From positions 93,372,001 through 93,436,000 of the forward strand of contig NC_042997.1 of NCBI RefSeq assembly GCF_006345805.1: a DNA stretch of 64,000 bases. Reading direction: 5' to 3'. This document shows, one piece after another, positions 14,390-27,956 of this stretch; positions within the stretch are counted from its first letter, which is position 1, and each line of letters opens with the position of its first letter. Under the pieces are notes generated by a model that was given only the letters and a program-made list of their open reading frames with translations, did not search any database and was not told the origin of the DNA. Source of the stretch: Octopus sinensis (lineage: Eukaryota). A program made the position numbers and the translations under genes.

Positions 14390-14738
14390 TGAGTAACAAG
14401 GATATATAAGTGTCAATTCATTATGGCCATTTTGAACAACTCCTTTAATTGATCAATGAAAGCATTACATCATTACAAAGAAAACTATTCTCATCAGATG
14501 ACCACATAGATCTCAAGCATAAAGGACCAGTTAAATTTAGCAGCAGAATCACTGTAAATATTTGCTCTCTGTTGATGATATGAATATGAATATCTACCTT
14601 GTCCTTTATGCTTGAGGTCTATGTGGTCATCTGATGAGAACAGTTTTCTTTGTAATGATGTAATGCATCCATTGATGAATTAAAGGAGTCATTCAAAACA
14701 ACCCTAATGAATTGAAACTTATACATCTTTGTTACTCA
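14390..14738. repeat. Fold-back element with degenerate hammerhead
   Basis: About 140-bp inverted arms; TCAT-CTGATGA-GAA...TTC-AAAATGGCCATA-ATGA in the minus-strand arm. Confidence 0.8.
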
Positions 14739-15000
14739 TTTATATTTTACTCACCTACCCTGGAATCTGTGCTTTGGAAGTATTTGGAAAGGATCTTCAT
14801 ATAAAGTAGATGTCTGAACAAAGAAGAGTGACTTTAATCACTAAGTTTGATCGTGCCATCTGCATACGCTGCATGAATATCAGGTGGAAAATATTTTGTG
14901 TAGAGTTTGATATTCACCTAATATTTTTTCAGTGTGCAAATAAGCTCATCCTAACAAGGTGCCTCAATTTAAGTGCCTAATTCAGCTGAATCTAAATTAC

Positions 15001-15055
<55 letters not shown>

Positions 15056-15484
15056 GCTTCTTCCAGCATCTGTCAACCAAATCCACTCACAAGACATTTG
15101 CCCTTGGTTCAGTGGGACTGAACCCAGAACCATATAGTGGTGAGGCAAGCTTCTTACCACACAGCCACACCGTACCTATAAAATAAAATACGTTTTAATA
15201 AAATTTAATGATTTTTTTTCAAATGACAGTAGCATTCATAATTTTTTTTAAATGATAACTTTCTTTTATGTGAATAAATTTTCTGAGAATCAATATTTCT
15301 TTTCATTAAGCATTTAATTAATAGGGGCAGCTATGGCACTATGGTAAGAAGTTTACTTCTCAACCACATGGTTCTGGGTTCAGTTCTAGTGTACGAGACC
15401 TTAGACAAGTGACATCTATTACAGGCCTAGGCCAACTAAAGCCTTGAGAATGGATTTGGTAGATGGAAACTAAAAGAAGCTTGT

Positions 15485-15519
<35 letters not shown>

Positions 15520-16471
15520 CTGTGTTTTTGTCTGTGTGTCTGTGTGTGTATTCGTTTCTGTACCCCCATCACTGCTTGACAACTAGTGTTAGTTTGTTTA
15601 TTTCCCCATAACCGAGTGACTTGGCAAAGAGACTGATGGAATAAGTACCAGGCTTTAAAAACCAATAACTTGGGTCAGTTCATTTGACTAACCCCCTAAG
15701 GCAGTGCTGTAGCATGGCAGTAGTGCAATGACTGAAACAAGTAAAAGATAAAAGATGAAAGTAAAATCTAAACCCAAGCTAGCATGGAAAACGGATGTTA
15801 AATGATGATGATGATGATGATGATTACTCTGTCATATGTAATGCATTTTTATTCAAATAGTTTTGAAATATTCATGCATTGTCTTATAGCTTTGAGGTTT
15901 CAATGATGCGATTGTTAATTTTAGAATGTTAGTGTAGGTTAGGTGAGAGAGGTTAGATATGACCAGTTTGAATGTTAAAGGCAGTGCTCCAGCATGGCCG
16001 CAGTCAAAATGACTGAAACAAGTAAAAGAGTAAAAGAATAAAAGAACATAGAGTACTTGAGACAAATTTGACTGGTTTGAATGCTAAAGAATTAAGGTGA
16101 AGGAAATTATCCACAAAATAGAAGCATAATTTCTATGATTCCTCATTTGGAAAATTATATAGGGATCTGTGATGGAATAAGTTTAAGAACAGCTGCCATA
16201 AGGCGAGGAGTTTTACCAACTCTAAATGCTTGTTGCCTATTGCATATGACAAAATACAAGGGTCAGTTTAAGATAACCTTCATTTACTTCAAATCATAAT
16301 AGATTAATCCTTTAAAACATTGTATAATTATTACCAAATATTTTTGCTTTTGAGGAAGATATTGCTAAAACAAGTCAGTCTGTTAGTGCCCAGCTGTCCT
16401 CAAAATACATCTATGGCAGGATTTAAATTCATGCATGGGAGATAAAATACATGCTAATGTTATTATTTTCT

Positions 16472-16720
16472 ATGGAGGTACGTGGCTTAGTGGTTAGGGT
16501 GTCAGCATCATGATCATAAGATTGTGGTTTCGATTCCTGGACCAGGCGACACGTTGTGTTCTTGAGCAAAACACTTCATTTCACATTGCTCCAGTCCACT
16601 CAGCTGGCAAAATGAGTAACGCCGCGATGGACTGGCGTCCTGTCCAGCTGGGGAACACATACGCCATAGAAACTAGGAAACCGGGCCCATGAGCCTGGCT
16701 AGGCTTTAAAAGGGTGCATT
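16472..16720 (+). mobile_element. tRNA-derived SINE, third family (related copies near 13548-13780, 49220-49450; minus-strand relatives 10165-10461, 57405-57790)
   Basis: Head TGGCTTAGTGGTTAGGG...GGTTTCGATTCC, followed by TGTTCTTGAGCAAAACACTT. Confidence 0.65.
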
Positions 16721-17887
16721 TTCTTTTTTTTTTTTACAATTTTTTAGGTCTTGTGCCAAAATTTGAAATCAATATTACAATTTCCAAGGGCAGTTAGCTG
16801 GCAGAATCACTAACACATGAAGTAGAATGCTTAGCAGCATTTCATCAATCTTTATGTTCTGAATTCAAATTCCATCAAAATTGACATTGCCTTTCATCTT
16901 TTGGGTTCAATAATATAAGTACCAGTTAAGTACTGATGTCTATATAATAGATTTAACCCCCTCCCCTCAAATTTCTGGCCTTGTGCCAAAATTTGAAACT
17001 AGCAATACTATTTTCTGTGGCATGATGCTTTTTTTTCTCTTTTCTTCTCCTAGTTTTAATGATACAAGAACTGCCACCCCATTAATTTCACTAACCATTC
17101 TACCCCAATCAGTAATAATCCTTTCTTTATTTCTATTTAAAATTTCAATGAGGGGACTAGTCAGTTACATTGATCTCAGGGATCAACTGATACTTATTCT
17201 GTTGACCTGAAAAAGGCTGAAAAGCAATGCCAGCCTCAGCAGAATTTGAACTCAGAACATAAAATCAGAAGTAATGCCAGTAAACATTTTTGTTGGCATG
17301 CTAACAGTTCTGCCAGCCCATCACCTATCCCAATTTCTAATGATAAAATATATAAAGGTTGTTCATTAATATAATCAGTCTGTAATAAGTTTTATATTTC
17401 ATACTGTATTTTTAAGTTTGAAATTTTATCAAAATCTTTTATTTTTGTTCTTGTCTTTGTCTTGTTTATTAAAAACTTTCCATTTGAAAAATTATTCGTA
17501 AAAAATACTTGTAAATAGAATGTGTAAAATCTTAGGAAAATGAAACTGTGAAGACGTATTTCTGTAAAAAAAAAAAAATTCCTCTGTACACAAACTGAAA
17601 TTGTAATAACTTGGCCAAGTGAATGAAGGAGACTTTACATGGTCATTACTGCCAAATTCCTTCCCTCTTAGAAAAAGACACACTGGACAATGTAGTCTGG
17701 GTACACTATTCCTAAAAATTAAAAATAAAATGATCATAGTTTGACTGTTCAATCATAGATCAGCCTGTTAAAGGTTGATTTGAGGTTAAGCAACAACAGA
17801 TTCTAAATTAAATAAAATTGTATCAAGCATATTGTGAAATCACTATTTAGTTCTAATTTTCATTTTATGTGTGTTTATGTATTGTAG

Positions 17888-18021
17888 ACTCTCCTGATAT
17901 CCTGCATTATATAGAGGCATCTGCAAAATTATTAAAGTGGTTCCAGTTAATAGAAAGATTGCCAGAAGTGACGGATGTTGTTTTAAGCTTGCTACTTGAT
18001 GTTCTTAAAGACCCACATAAG
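17888..18021 (+). CDS. Exon D2 (phase 1-0): SPDILHYIEASAKLLKWFQLIERLPEV...LLDVLKDPHK
   Basis: ttgtag acceptor, gtaaaa donor, 134 nt (same length as D1). Confidence 0.88.
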
Positions 18022-18878
18022 GTAAAAAAATTTCACATCAGAAATGAATACCAAATTGAAACAGGCATTTCTTGATGTGAAAATTGGTGTCTTAGGCCTC
18101 AGTCTTAAAATCCATTAAAACATTATACCTTCATAGTATGGTTAGAAAGTTTGTTTCACAACCTTGTAGTTTTGGGCACATTATGCAAGTGTCTTCTAGT
18201 ATAACCTTGGACAGATTAATGCCTTATGAGTGAAACTAGATTGATGGGAAAATGCATGAATGACTATCATGTGCGTGTGTGTGTGTGTGTGAATGTGTGT
18301 GTGTGTGTGTGCATGTGTGTGTGTGTGTGTGTGTGCGTGTGTGTGTGTACATGTGCAACATGTGTGGCTATGTATGTATCTCACTACTTAGTGACACACA
18401 CTTAGGTATTGGTGATATTTATTTTGTGTCCTGTACAAATAATCATAATCCACAACCTTAATGATTTGAGTTGCAAATACCAGTAGATTACCTTACTTGG
18501 AAAGCAAATAAGACTTGATATAGAGAAAAGTCATCTGGCTATGCAAGTTTCATCCAACCCATATGAGTTCTGAAAGATAGCTAAGGCCCAAAACTTAGCA
18601 TATCTATTTATCTAACTTTAAATGTCAGTTTTTCTACATACAACTGCTTACCTTTCGTGTTTTGTCTTCAACTCTCACCTAGTTGTATATACTTGTGTAT
18701 ATAGTTATGTATCAACTAATTGTATATATCATTATGTTAATTTGTTTAAAATTATTTATGCATTTGAGAAACTGTTTGAATATTTATCAACTTTTGTTAA
18801 TTTAAAACTTAATTAAAAAAAAAGATTATAGAAAATTAATTAATCTGTTTTTATTATTTAAATATATAATTTTTCCAG

Positions 18879-19091
18879 CTTAAAATGTTGCAAAACATAG
18901 AAACTGTGGATAGCATTTGTCAGAATACAACAGGTTTCCAGATTTTGGTTCCATCATCAATCTTAAATGGCAAAACTAATATCACTGCTTTACAAGTAAT
19001 ATTCTGTGACCTATTGATGGATGTTAGGAATGAAACCCAATTAACTTATTTGATTGAAATGTTGGAAGGTCTGCCTCAACTTATAAAACAG
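18879..19091 (+). CDS. Exon A3 (phase 0-0): LKMLQNIETVDSICQNTTG...IFCDLL...LEGLPQLIKQ
   Basis: ttttccag acceptor, gtaatt donor, 213 nt, C-x28-C. Confidence 0.89.
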
Positions 19092-20142
19092 GTAATTAGA
19101 ATTTTGTCTTTGAAAATAATTTAAATTAAATGTTAGATTACAATCAGGATCCTTTCCATATTTTGGTTAATGATTAATTTTGATATCACCCCTCTCTGTG
19201 TTGCTGAAGGAGTCTAAACATTGCCAGATGCTTATTTTTTAAAATTATACCTATTAGTTATACTGTCATAGTCTATTTAAATATGGCAGTTAATAATAAT
19301 AATGAAATACAATGGTCAAATTCAGACAAAATGGCAAACTGCAGTGATTGATTATGTGAAGAAACTGCACATGATAGGATAATGGTTGTGTAATACTATT
19401 ATCAATTACACTAATGAATCATATGAATAATATTCCTTTGCTGTATTTACTTATAACCATTTGTACTTTCCCTTTGAGAGTTAAATGCCTTGTCTATGAA
19501 TATAATGGAACACCAGTATGAATATACAAATCCCAAACCAATCAGATTACTCCAGATGTCTAAAGAAACAAGTGAAAAAATCCTTTTACCATGTATTCTC
19601 TTCATTTCCTACATTGAGACGACATTTTCAATTTCCAGCGGTGGTGCCCCAGCATGGCCGCGGCCTTCGGGCTAAAACATTTTTAAGGATTTAAGGATCA
19701 TCCCAGATATTAAGGCAGTGAACTGGCAGAATCATTACCACACGAAGCAAAATGCTTAGTGACATTTCATCTGTCTTTATATTCTGAGTTCAAATTCTGC
19801 TGAGGTTGACTTTGCTTTTCATCCTTTCAGGGTTGATAAAATAAGTACCTGTTGAGCACCAGGATCAATTTAACGGAATTATCACCTCCCCCAAAATAGC
19901 TAACCTTGTGCCAAAATTTGAAGCCAATATTATCCCAACAATCCAATAATTTACAAGAATTGCTATTAAATATATTTCATTGCTTATACCTGGAAATATA
20001 TACTTCTTAATATGGAAATATGGGAATTTGTTTAGAATTATGGGAATTTGTCTGGAATTAAAAGAATTTATTTGTTTCATCAAAATTTATCAGCTTTGTG
20101 ATATCTCTAACCATGAACCATTTCTCTATACTATTTTCTCAG

Positions 20143-20375
20143 CTTCAAGATGTTGGAAATATGAAACCTGATACTTTTTTGCCTGGCAAGTTTTATATTG
20201 AAGTAGCACAAACCAGCATGCAACTTCAAAAAGTATTGACATCACTTCTTCATCAAGGCATTTCTTCCAAGCTTGACATCTCCCTTTTAGACAAATTTAA
20301 AACTGAATATCTACACACCTTACAATTGTTTGCTTTACAATGGGATGCTATCAGTAGTAACTATGACATAGACAG
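20143..20375 (+). CDS. Exon B3 (phase 0-2): LQDVGNMKPDTFLPGKFY...SSNYDID(S)
   Basis: ttctcag acceptor, gtaact donor, 233 nt. Confidence 0.87.
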
Positions 20376-20431
20376 GTAACTTTTTGATGTTCCTTTTAAT
20401 TTTTTAAATATTACTATGCATTATATATATA

Positions 20432-20735
20432 TATAAGTAAATAAATGGAGTTGAACGCAGATGCTATTCAAATTCTTTTACTTTCGACATGTTTTGAAAA
20501 CAAAATTGGTTTTATTCCAAAGGAATAAATGGTGTAAAAGAATGCAATCTTCTCATCAGGAAAGAAAGAGAACCTATCTCAACAACAAGACATTATAACA
20601 ATTTCCTGATGAGAAGATTGCATTTTTTTACACCGCTTATTCTTTTGGAATAAAACCAAGGTTGTCTTCAAAACATATGTTGAAAGTAAAAGAATATGAA
20701 TAGCATCTGCATTCAACTCCATTTATTTACTTATA
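20432..20735. repeat. Fold-back element with a degenerate hammerhead in each arm
   Basis: About 130-bp inverted arms; minus-strand arm reads CTTTC-CTGATGA-GAAGA...TTTTC-AAAAC-AT-GTC-GAAAG. Confidence 0.8.
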
Positions 20736-21917
20736 CTATACAAATTACTGCACATTAACCCAGAGTTTCTACCTTTGAATAGATCACTACATCCTTGTTA
20801 CTTGTGAGAATTTTGCTACCCTGGTAACTGTTTATTGTATTTTCCATGCTAACGGTAAACAAAGGATAATTCATTCTTCCATTTACATATATATATATAT
20901 ATATATATATTTGACAGTTAAAAAATTAATGAACTGTAATCTTTTATACAGAAACACTCTTAGAGTTGTGTGGTTAAGAGGTCAGTTTCCTGACCACATG
21001 TTTAGTTTATGTTTTGTCCACTGCACAGCGCATTAGATAAATGTCCTCAACTATTGCTGTGTAGAATGAATTTGCTAGGGTGAAACTCTATTAAGGCCAT
21101 CGTCTGTTGTGGGGTGGGGGATAAGCATTGATTTTCACTGGTCACCATGTGAATGAAAGGGTCTGATACTGATAATCCTTTATTGCCATGATGACAGTCA
21201 CTCTGTGCTTTTGAAGAGTTATGGAATATAAAAACACTGCACCTCAAAAGTAGGTACATACAGTCATAAACCCTATTTCAAAGCCAGTTCCTGTCCAAGC
21301 CATGGTTGTACAGGGGGGAAAAAAACAGTTGTTGAGTATGGGGGGAAAGCAAACATTAAACAAGTAAATGATATTCTACTATACACCACAAATGAGGTAG
21401 TGGAATTTTTTTCTGATATGTATGCTAGGCTTGTTTGCTGGAAAAACCCATTATAAGTATTTGTGTAGTTTATGCTACACAAATAGCAATAACAATGTTC
21501 TTTAGTATTTGTCCAACAGCTGCGTAGTTGAAAATAGTTTCTTGTTATTATCATCATCATAAGGACGGTGAGTTGGCAGAATCATTAGCATGCTCAGTGG
21601 TAATTTGCCTGTTGCTATGTTCTGGATTCAAATCCTGCAGAGGTCAACTTTGCCTTTCATCCTTTCAGAGTCAATAAATTAAGTACCAGCTGGCTATTTG
21701 TTGACAACTTTTTCCACCTTGTTAGATAATTTACCTATCATTTCTGCTGTTGTAATGGCAATGTTACATTCGGAAAAATATCACCTTCTTGTTTACATCA
21801 TACAACACATAATTTGTTTATTGCATGAGCTTATTGTTGTTGTTTTTTTGTTTGTTTGTTTTGTTTTGTTTTGTTTTTTTTTTTGTTTTTTTAACCTGCT
21901 TTTTCATCTCTTTTCAG

Positions 21918-22075
21918 TATTCTGGACATTCTTATTGAAATAGATGAAACCATGAATCATATTCCTAAAAACTTATTGTCATCTGTAACCAATTTTTCAA
22001 ACGAACTAAACACTAACATTTTGATGCAATACTATACTGCCAAATTTGTTAATATTCATCTGAAGAAAATTAAAG
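21918..22075 (+). CDS. Exon C3 (phase 2-1): ILDILIEIDETMNHIPKN...LYTAKFVNIHLKKIK
   Basis: ttttcag acceptor, gttag donor, 158 nt (same length as C2); absent from the ORF track. Confidence 0.86.
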
Positions 22076-22421
22076 GTTAGTCTTAATCATTTTCATTTGA
22101 TTTTGTTGATTACAGTATCCAACTGGTGTGCTGTGACACCCTGGGATGCCACGAGATCAACCAATGGGTGCCACGAAATATATATATTCATAAAAGAAGA
22201 GTGTTTATAATTATGAATAAATTACAATTATAACAGAGAGGGTTTCAAAAACCCTTACATGTCTAGAAGGCTGCACCAGGCCAGTCAGATCTGGCAGTGT
22301 TTCTACAGCTGGATGCTCTTCCTAACGCCAACCACTCGAGAGTGTAGTGGGTGATTTTATGTGCCACCGACACAGGTGCCATATATGTATGTATATGTAT
22401 ATATATATATATATGTATATA

Positions 22422-22522
<101 letters not shown>

Positions 22523-22548
22523 AATATATATATATATATATATGTATG

Positions 22549-22620
<72 letters not shown>

Positions 22621-23036
22621 AAGAGAGATGAATGAATATAATAGATGAGTGTACACCTACATAACGGGATTTGTATCTGTACACTCATCTATTTATTATT
22701 CATTTATCTCTATATACATATATATCTGTTTACGCATTTATTGGCTGATCTCATTCATTTACTTATACCATTTAAACACATGTTTGTTATCATTTAATAA
22801 ATAGATATAATTGAATGTTTACTGGCTGATGTTTGTCGATTTTATATCCTCTCCATTTTCTTATTTGCCTTATAAATCCTGAGTAAATTTCCAATTTACC
22901 CCCACCCATACAAAGTATTCATTTGCAATATTGCCATGCAATAGTAAACACTTGATTAAAAATGCATAGGAACATCTAGTAGTATATTAGATATTTAATA
23001 TCCCTCAGACAGTTTCTTAACCTCTAACTCATACAG

Positions 23037-23075
<39 letters not shown>

Positions 23076-26000
23076 GGAAAGACTATCGACACCAGGAAAG
23101 ACTGGCGGTGGCTGTGGACTTACGATCCTCGCCTCTGTAATATATTGTAACGGAAATAACTGGAAATGACAGCCCCACGATTGACCAAGAAGGGGGAGTC
23201 AAGAATCAATCAAACCCAGTCAGCACGGGAATGACCTTGGAAATGAATATGATTATTCATTTGAACAGCGAACGAAATGCAAACAACTTTGGATGCAAGC
23301 TGTGCTATAGAACCTTTGCAACTGTGAGAGGCTTGAAGATACATCAGGGAAAGACTTGTGAGAAGAGGACAGAGCAGTGTGGATCGTCAGATTGTAAAAC
23401 ACATGGCAAATCATCCCCAGACTCAAACCACAGCGGATCGATAAATGCTACAGCAGAGACCTCTTCATGTGATGAAACTACAAGTCATGAAAGTGGTGCA
23501 TCGGATAATACTCAGAGGAGACTGAGGGTTTTGTGGCCTGCTGCTAATGAGAAAGTGAAATATAAAGAGTTTGAAAACAAGGTTTGTCGGGCTCTTTATA
23601 AAATGACAGGCTCTACAGTGGAGAAACTGGGTAAATTATCAAGCTCAATATACGATATAGGAAAAGATTTATTTGGAATAAAAGAGAATATCTGACTAGA
23701 GAAAGGAAAGTGTGGACCAAGCAGGAGGATCAGAAAAATGCAGCAGTTGAGGAAGGAAAAATCCGACTTAAGAAAGCGATGGAGATGTGCTGCACTAGAT
23801 GAGAAACCTGGCTTTGCGCTGCTATATAACGATTTGAAGAAGAAATGTCGTTATGTACAATGACATATCCGCCGATATGAGCGTCGAAAAGAAAGTAAAA
23901 GGACTCGGGGGCAGTTTCTGAAGGACCCGTACGGGTTTACTAAGAAGCTATTCACTGAACCAAAGAGTGGTACTTTATCATGCACTAAAGAAGAATTGGA
24001 CGCTCATATCAAAGAAACCTACAGCGATCCGCACCGTAACCAGCCGCTGCCACCTCTACATGGGCTAAATCATCTCTCAGGACCTGATATCGAATTCCAG
24101 ATTGGGGACATCAGGGAGAGAGAGGTGAATGACTTCGTAAGAAAAGCTAGAGCAAAGAGTGCCCCAGGAAGTGATGGCGTCTCATATAAAGTCTACAAGT
24201 ACTGCAATCGTCTGCGAAAGAAGCTCTTCGTCCTACTCCGACAACTGTGGCGCGAGGAGACTATAGTAGAGGATTGGTGTAAGGCAGAAGGTATATACCT
24301 GCCGAAAGAGGCCAATGCAAAGACCATAAAACAGTTTAGGCCGATATTCTCATTGAATGTGGAAGGCAAGATCTTTATGGGAATTCTGTCGAGGAGAACA
24401 GTGGCATATTTACAGAGTAACAGATATGTTGATGAATCTGTTCAAAAGGCCGGAATCCCCGGGATCCCTGGATGCGTTGAACACTGTTTTTCGATTTGGA
24501 AAGCGATCCAGGATGCCAAACAGAACAAGAAAAGTCTGAACGTGGTCTGGCTCGACCTAGCTAACGCGGATGGTTCAGTGCCACACAAATTACTAATAAC
24601 AGCCATGGACCACTTCCACATTCCTGACAAAGTGATCAAAACAATGAGGATGTACTATGACAGTTTCGAAATGAGGTTTACAACTGGAAATTTTACAACA
24701 AATTGGCACCGATTGGAGGTTGGCATTGCTGCTGGCTGTACAATATCTGTCATGTGGTTTATCTTAGTCATGGAGTTGATTTTGAAAAGTGTAGATTTTT
24801 CGGAACAAATCGCCCATGTACAATCGCCTAAGAAAGCCTTCATGGATGACGTGACACTTCTAGCAACAGATAAACAAATCATGCAGAATGCCCTCTTGAG
24901 ATTAGACGAACTTGTAAGGTGGTCAAGGATGCAATTTAGAGCAAAAAAGTCGCGTAGTCGGACATTTGTTAAGGGAGTGCAGAAAGAATTTAAGTTTCGA
25001 ATATCTGAAGAAAGCATTCCAACAGTCAAAGAAGAGCCCGTCAAGAGCTTGGGACGAATATATGCTGGAACATTGTCAGACAGAAGTCGTGGGATTGAAA
25101 TTATGAAACAGGCCGAGGCTGGGTTATCAGCGATTGATAATTCGAAGTTACCAGGTAAATATAAAATTTGGTGCTTGCAGTTCAGCTTGTGTCCGCGACT
25201 TGCGTGGCCACTTTTAATATACGAAGTAGCATTGTCACGAGTTAAAAGGATTGAACAAAAATGTAATGTGTTCATTAGAAAGTGGCTAGGCCTACCTCGT
25301 ATGTTGAACAGCTCAGCTCTGTATCGTAAAAGAGGTTCGTTGCAGCTACCAATAGCATCAATAGTCGAAATATATAAGCTGGGGAAGATACGGACGGTCA
25401 TGATGCTGAGAGAATCGAAGGATATGGAAATCAGGCGTAACCCACCAGAGGTCAAAACAGCCAGGAAGTGGAAAGCAGAAGCAGAAACTGACAACATCTT
25501 GTCTTCTCTTATACAGAGAGATATGGTGGGAGCAACGCAGAACCATCAGAAAGGACTTGGTTTTGGCGCAGATCAGTTCAGACCATCTGCAAGCATGATG
25601 CCGAGTGAACGCAGATCTGTTGTTAGCAACAGTGTCAAAACAAGAGAAGCAGAGAGAAGAGAGCTTCATTTGATCCGATGTGTTCATCAAGGTCAGATGA
25701 CGAGATGGGAAGAACATGTTGTTGAGAGGAAGATAAGCTGGGATGAGATGTGGAAGTGGACGACATCTCGGCTGAGTTTCCTGATTCGTTCATCTTATGA
25801 TGTTTTGCCATCACCTACGAATCTAGTAAGATGGAACGTCTTAGAGAATGACATCTGCAAATGTGGAAAGGTTGGTACACTAAAAGATATTCTTTCCAAC
25901 TGTTCATTAGCATTGAACAGGTACACATGGAGGCACAACTTGGTCCTTAAGGTTATCTTCAATGCTATAAAGAACCAAATTCATCTCAACAACACTGAGG

Positions 26001-26669
26001 AAAAACCGTTAAAAGTACCATCAAGAGATTTCATTACCTTTGTGCGCAAGGTCAGCGGATCCGTTTCAAGAAGAAGATCAAGAAACTTCCTGAGAAAAAT
26101 GAAAAATAGAATGGCTATTGGGAGGTAACTGCAGATTTACCTGGGTGCCAGGTTTTCTTTCCCATCCCAGTTTAAAAAAACCCAGATATTTTGATGTGGT
26201 GTGGAAGAAAGAAAGTTGTAAATATAGTCGAGCTAATGGTTCCTCATGAAGATAATATAGACGCCGCTCGGGCTCGAAAATTGAACCATTATGAAAACCT
26301 CCTCAAGGAATGTGAAGACGCAGGCTGGAAAGCGGAACATTTTCCTATCGAAGTCGGATGTAGAGGGTTTATTGGACACAGCGTGAGACGACTGTTGTTA
26401 TCGCTAGGCCTAACTCATCATAAAATCAAATACCACCATGACTGATATCCAATCTACAGTGGAGAAGGCTAGTCACTGGATTTGGTTAAAAAGAGACAAT
26501 GAGCGATGGCTAGAAGTATATTGAGTTCTTCATAACCAGCTGATCTAGCTATCAAGAGGTAGACCCTGAAACAGCACGCATTCTCTCCTGATGACCCATA
26601 CACTTGCTAGCTTCCGGTATACGGAGCTTTTAACTGGTAGCACTTGCATGTGCAAGTTGTTTGCAAGAC
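23076..26669 (+). mobile_element. Near full-length RLE-type non-LTR retrotransposon, HERO-like clade, inactivated
   Basis: N-terminal C2H2-like finger CKLC...GLKIHQGKTC; RT motifs WLDLANA, GIAAGCTIS, AFMDD; CKCG...ILSNC knuckle; PD/VELMVPHE endonuclease remnant. In-frame TGA at 23693 and 23861 and 3' frameshifts. (TA)n on both flanks. Confidence 0.88.
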
Positions 26670-26706
26670 ATATATATATATACCTATATATATATATATA
26701 TATATA

Positions 26707-26753
<47 letters not shown>

Positions 26754-27956
26754 TATATATATACATATACATATACATATACATATACCAACCTCCCCTC
26801 TCCACACAGCTGATGTTATCCAAGGAAAAGGTAAAGGCTGATACAGCTCAACACCAGTGACATCACAACTCATTTCTACAGATGAGTGAAGTGGAATAAT
26901 GTGAAATAAAGTGACTTGCTCAAGAACACAACACACAGCCCAGTCTGGGAATCAAACTCACTACCTCATGATAGTGAGCCTGATGCTCTAATCACTGAGC
27001 CATATGACAGGCTTCTTTCAGTTTCCTTTTACTGAATCCACTTACAAGGCTTTGGTCTGCTTGGGGCTATTTTAGAAGACTCTTGCCTAAGATGCCATGT
27101 ATTGAGGCTGTGTGGAGAGGGGAGGTTGGTATGCTTGGGTATGCTGGTCTTCCATAAATAATCTTGTCCCAACCTGTGCCCTGGAGAGGGAATTTATAGG
27201 TGCAATATCATGGTCATTCATAACTAAAGGAGGGCTCTTATATATATATATATAAGGAAGTTAGGAAGGGCATCCAGCTGTAGAAACATTGCCAGATTAG
27301 ACTGGAGCCTGGTGCGGCCTTCTGGCTTCCCAGAACCCCGGTCGAACCGTCCAACCCATGCTAGCATGGAGAACGGACATTAAACGACGATGATGATGAT
27401 GATGATACGTATGCACAAGTGCAAACCCTTGTTTACATTAGACATCACATTGTATTTGTAAATGGGGATCATCATCATGCAAGCAAGGTTGTTTCCAGTC
27501 TTCCATGCAAAGCATTCTAGGATGGTAATATAAACAAATTGGAAAAGATAAAAAATTTTAAAATACCAGAGCTTCATGGAAAATTCGGTAACTTTTATGG
27601 AAAAAAAAAAAGAAAAATATAACACAAAAATATACTAAAATCATACTAAAAGATTCAAATTAAACTTTTGAAGAAGTTAAACAATGGCTTTTAATGTCTT
27701 TATTAAAGAAGTAAATACACCTTGTTGTTTTCTTTGCATGCAAGAGAATAAGGGAGATTGTCTTGAAATGTTTCTTGGGTCATTAACCACTTGTCAAAGG
27801 ACAACTACCCTCTCATCCATTTACTTACGTAGAGAACTTGTAGCAACCATTATTTTAGTCAACCACATACCAGAAGTTAACCATTATGGCCAGTCTAAGT
27901 TGCATGTCATTTATTCATCAGGATTTGAATAAACTAATTTTTAGATATTTTATGTA

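Noticed and set aside
24655-25497. 280-aa minus-strand ORF
   Set aside because: Antisense shadow of the HERO-like RT ORF.
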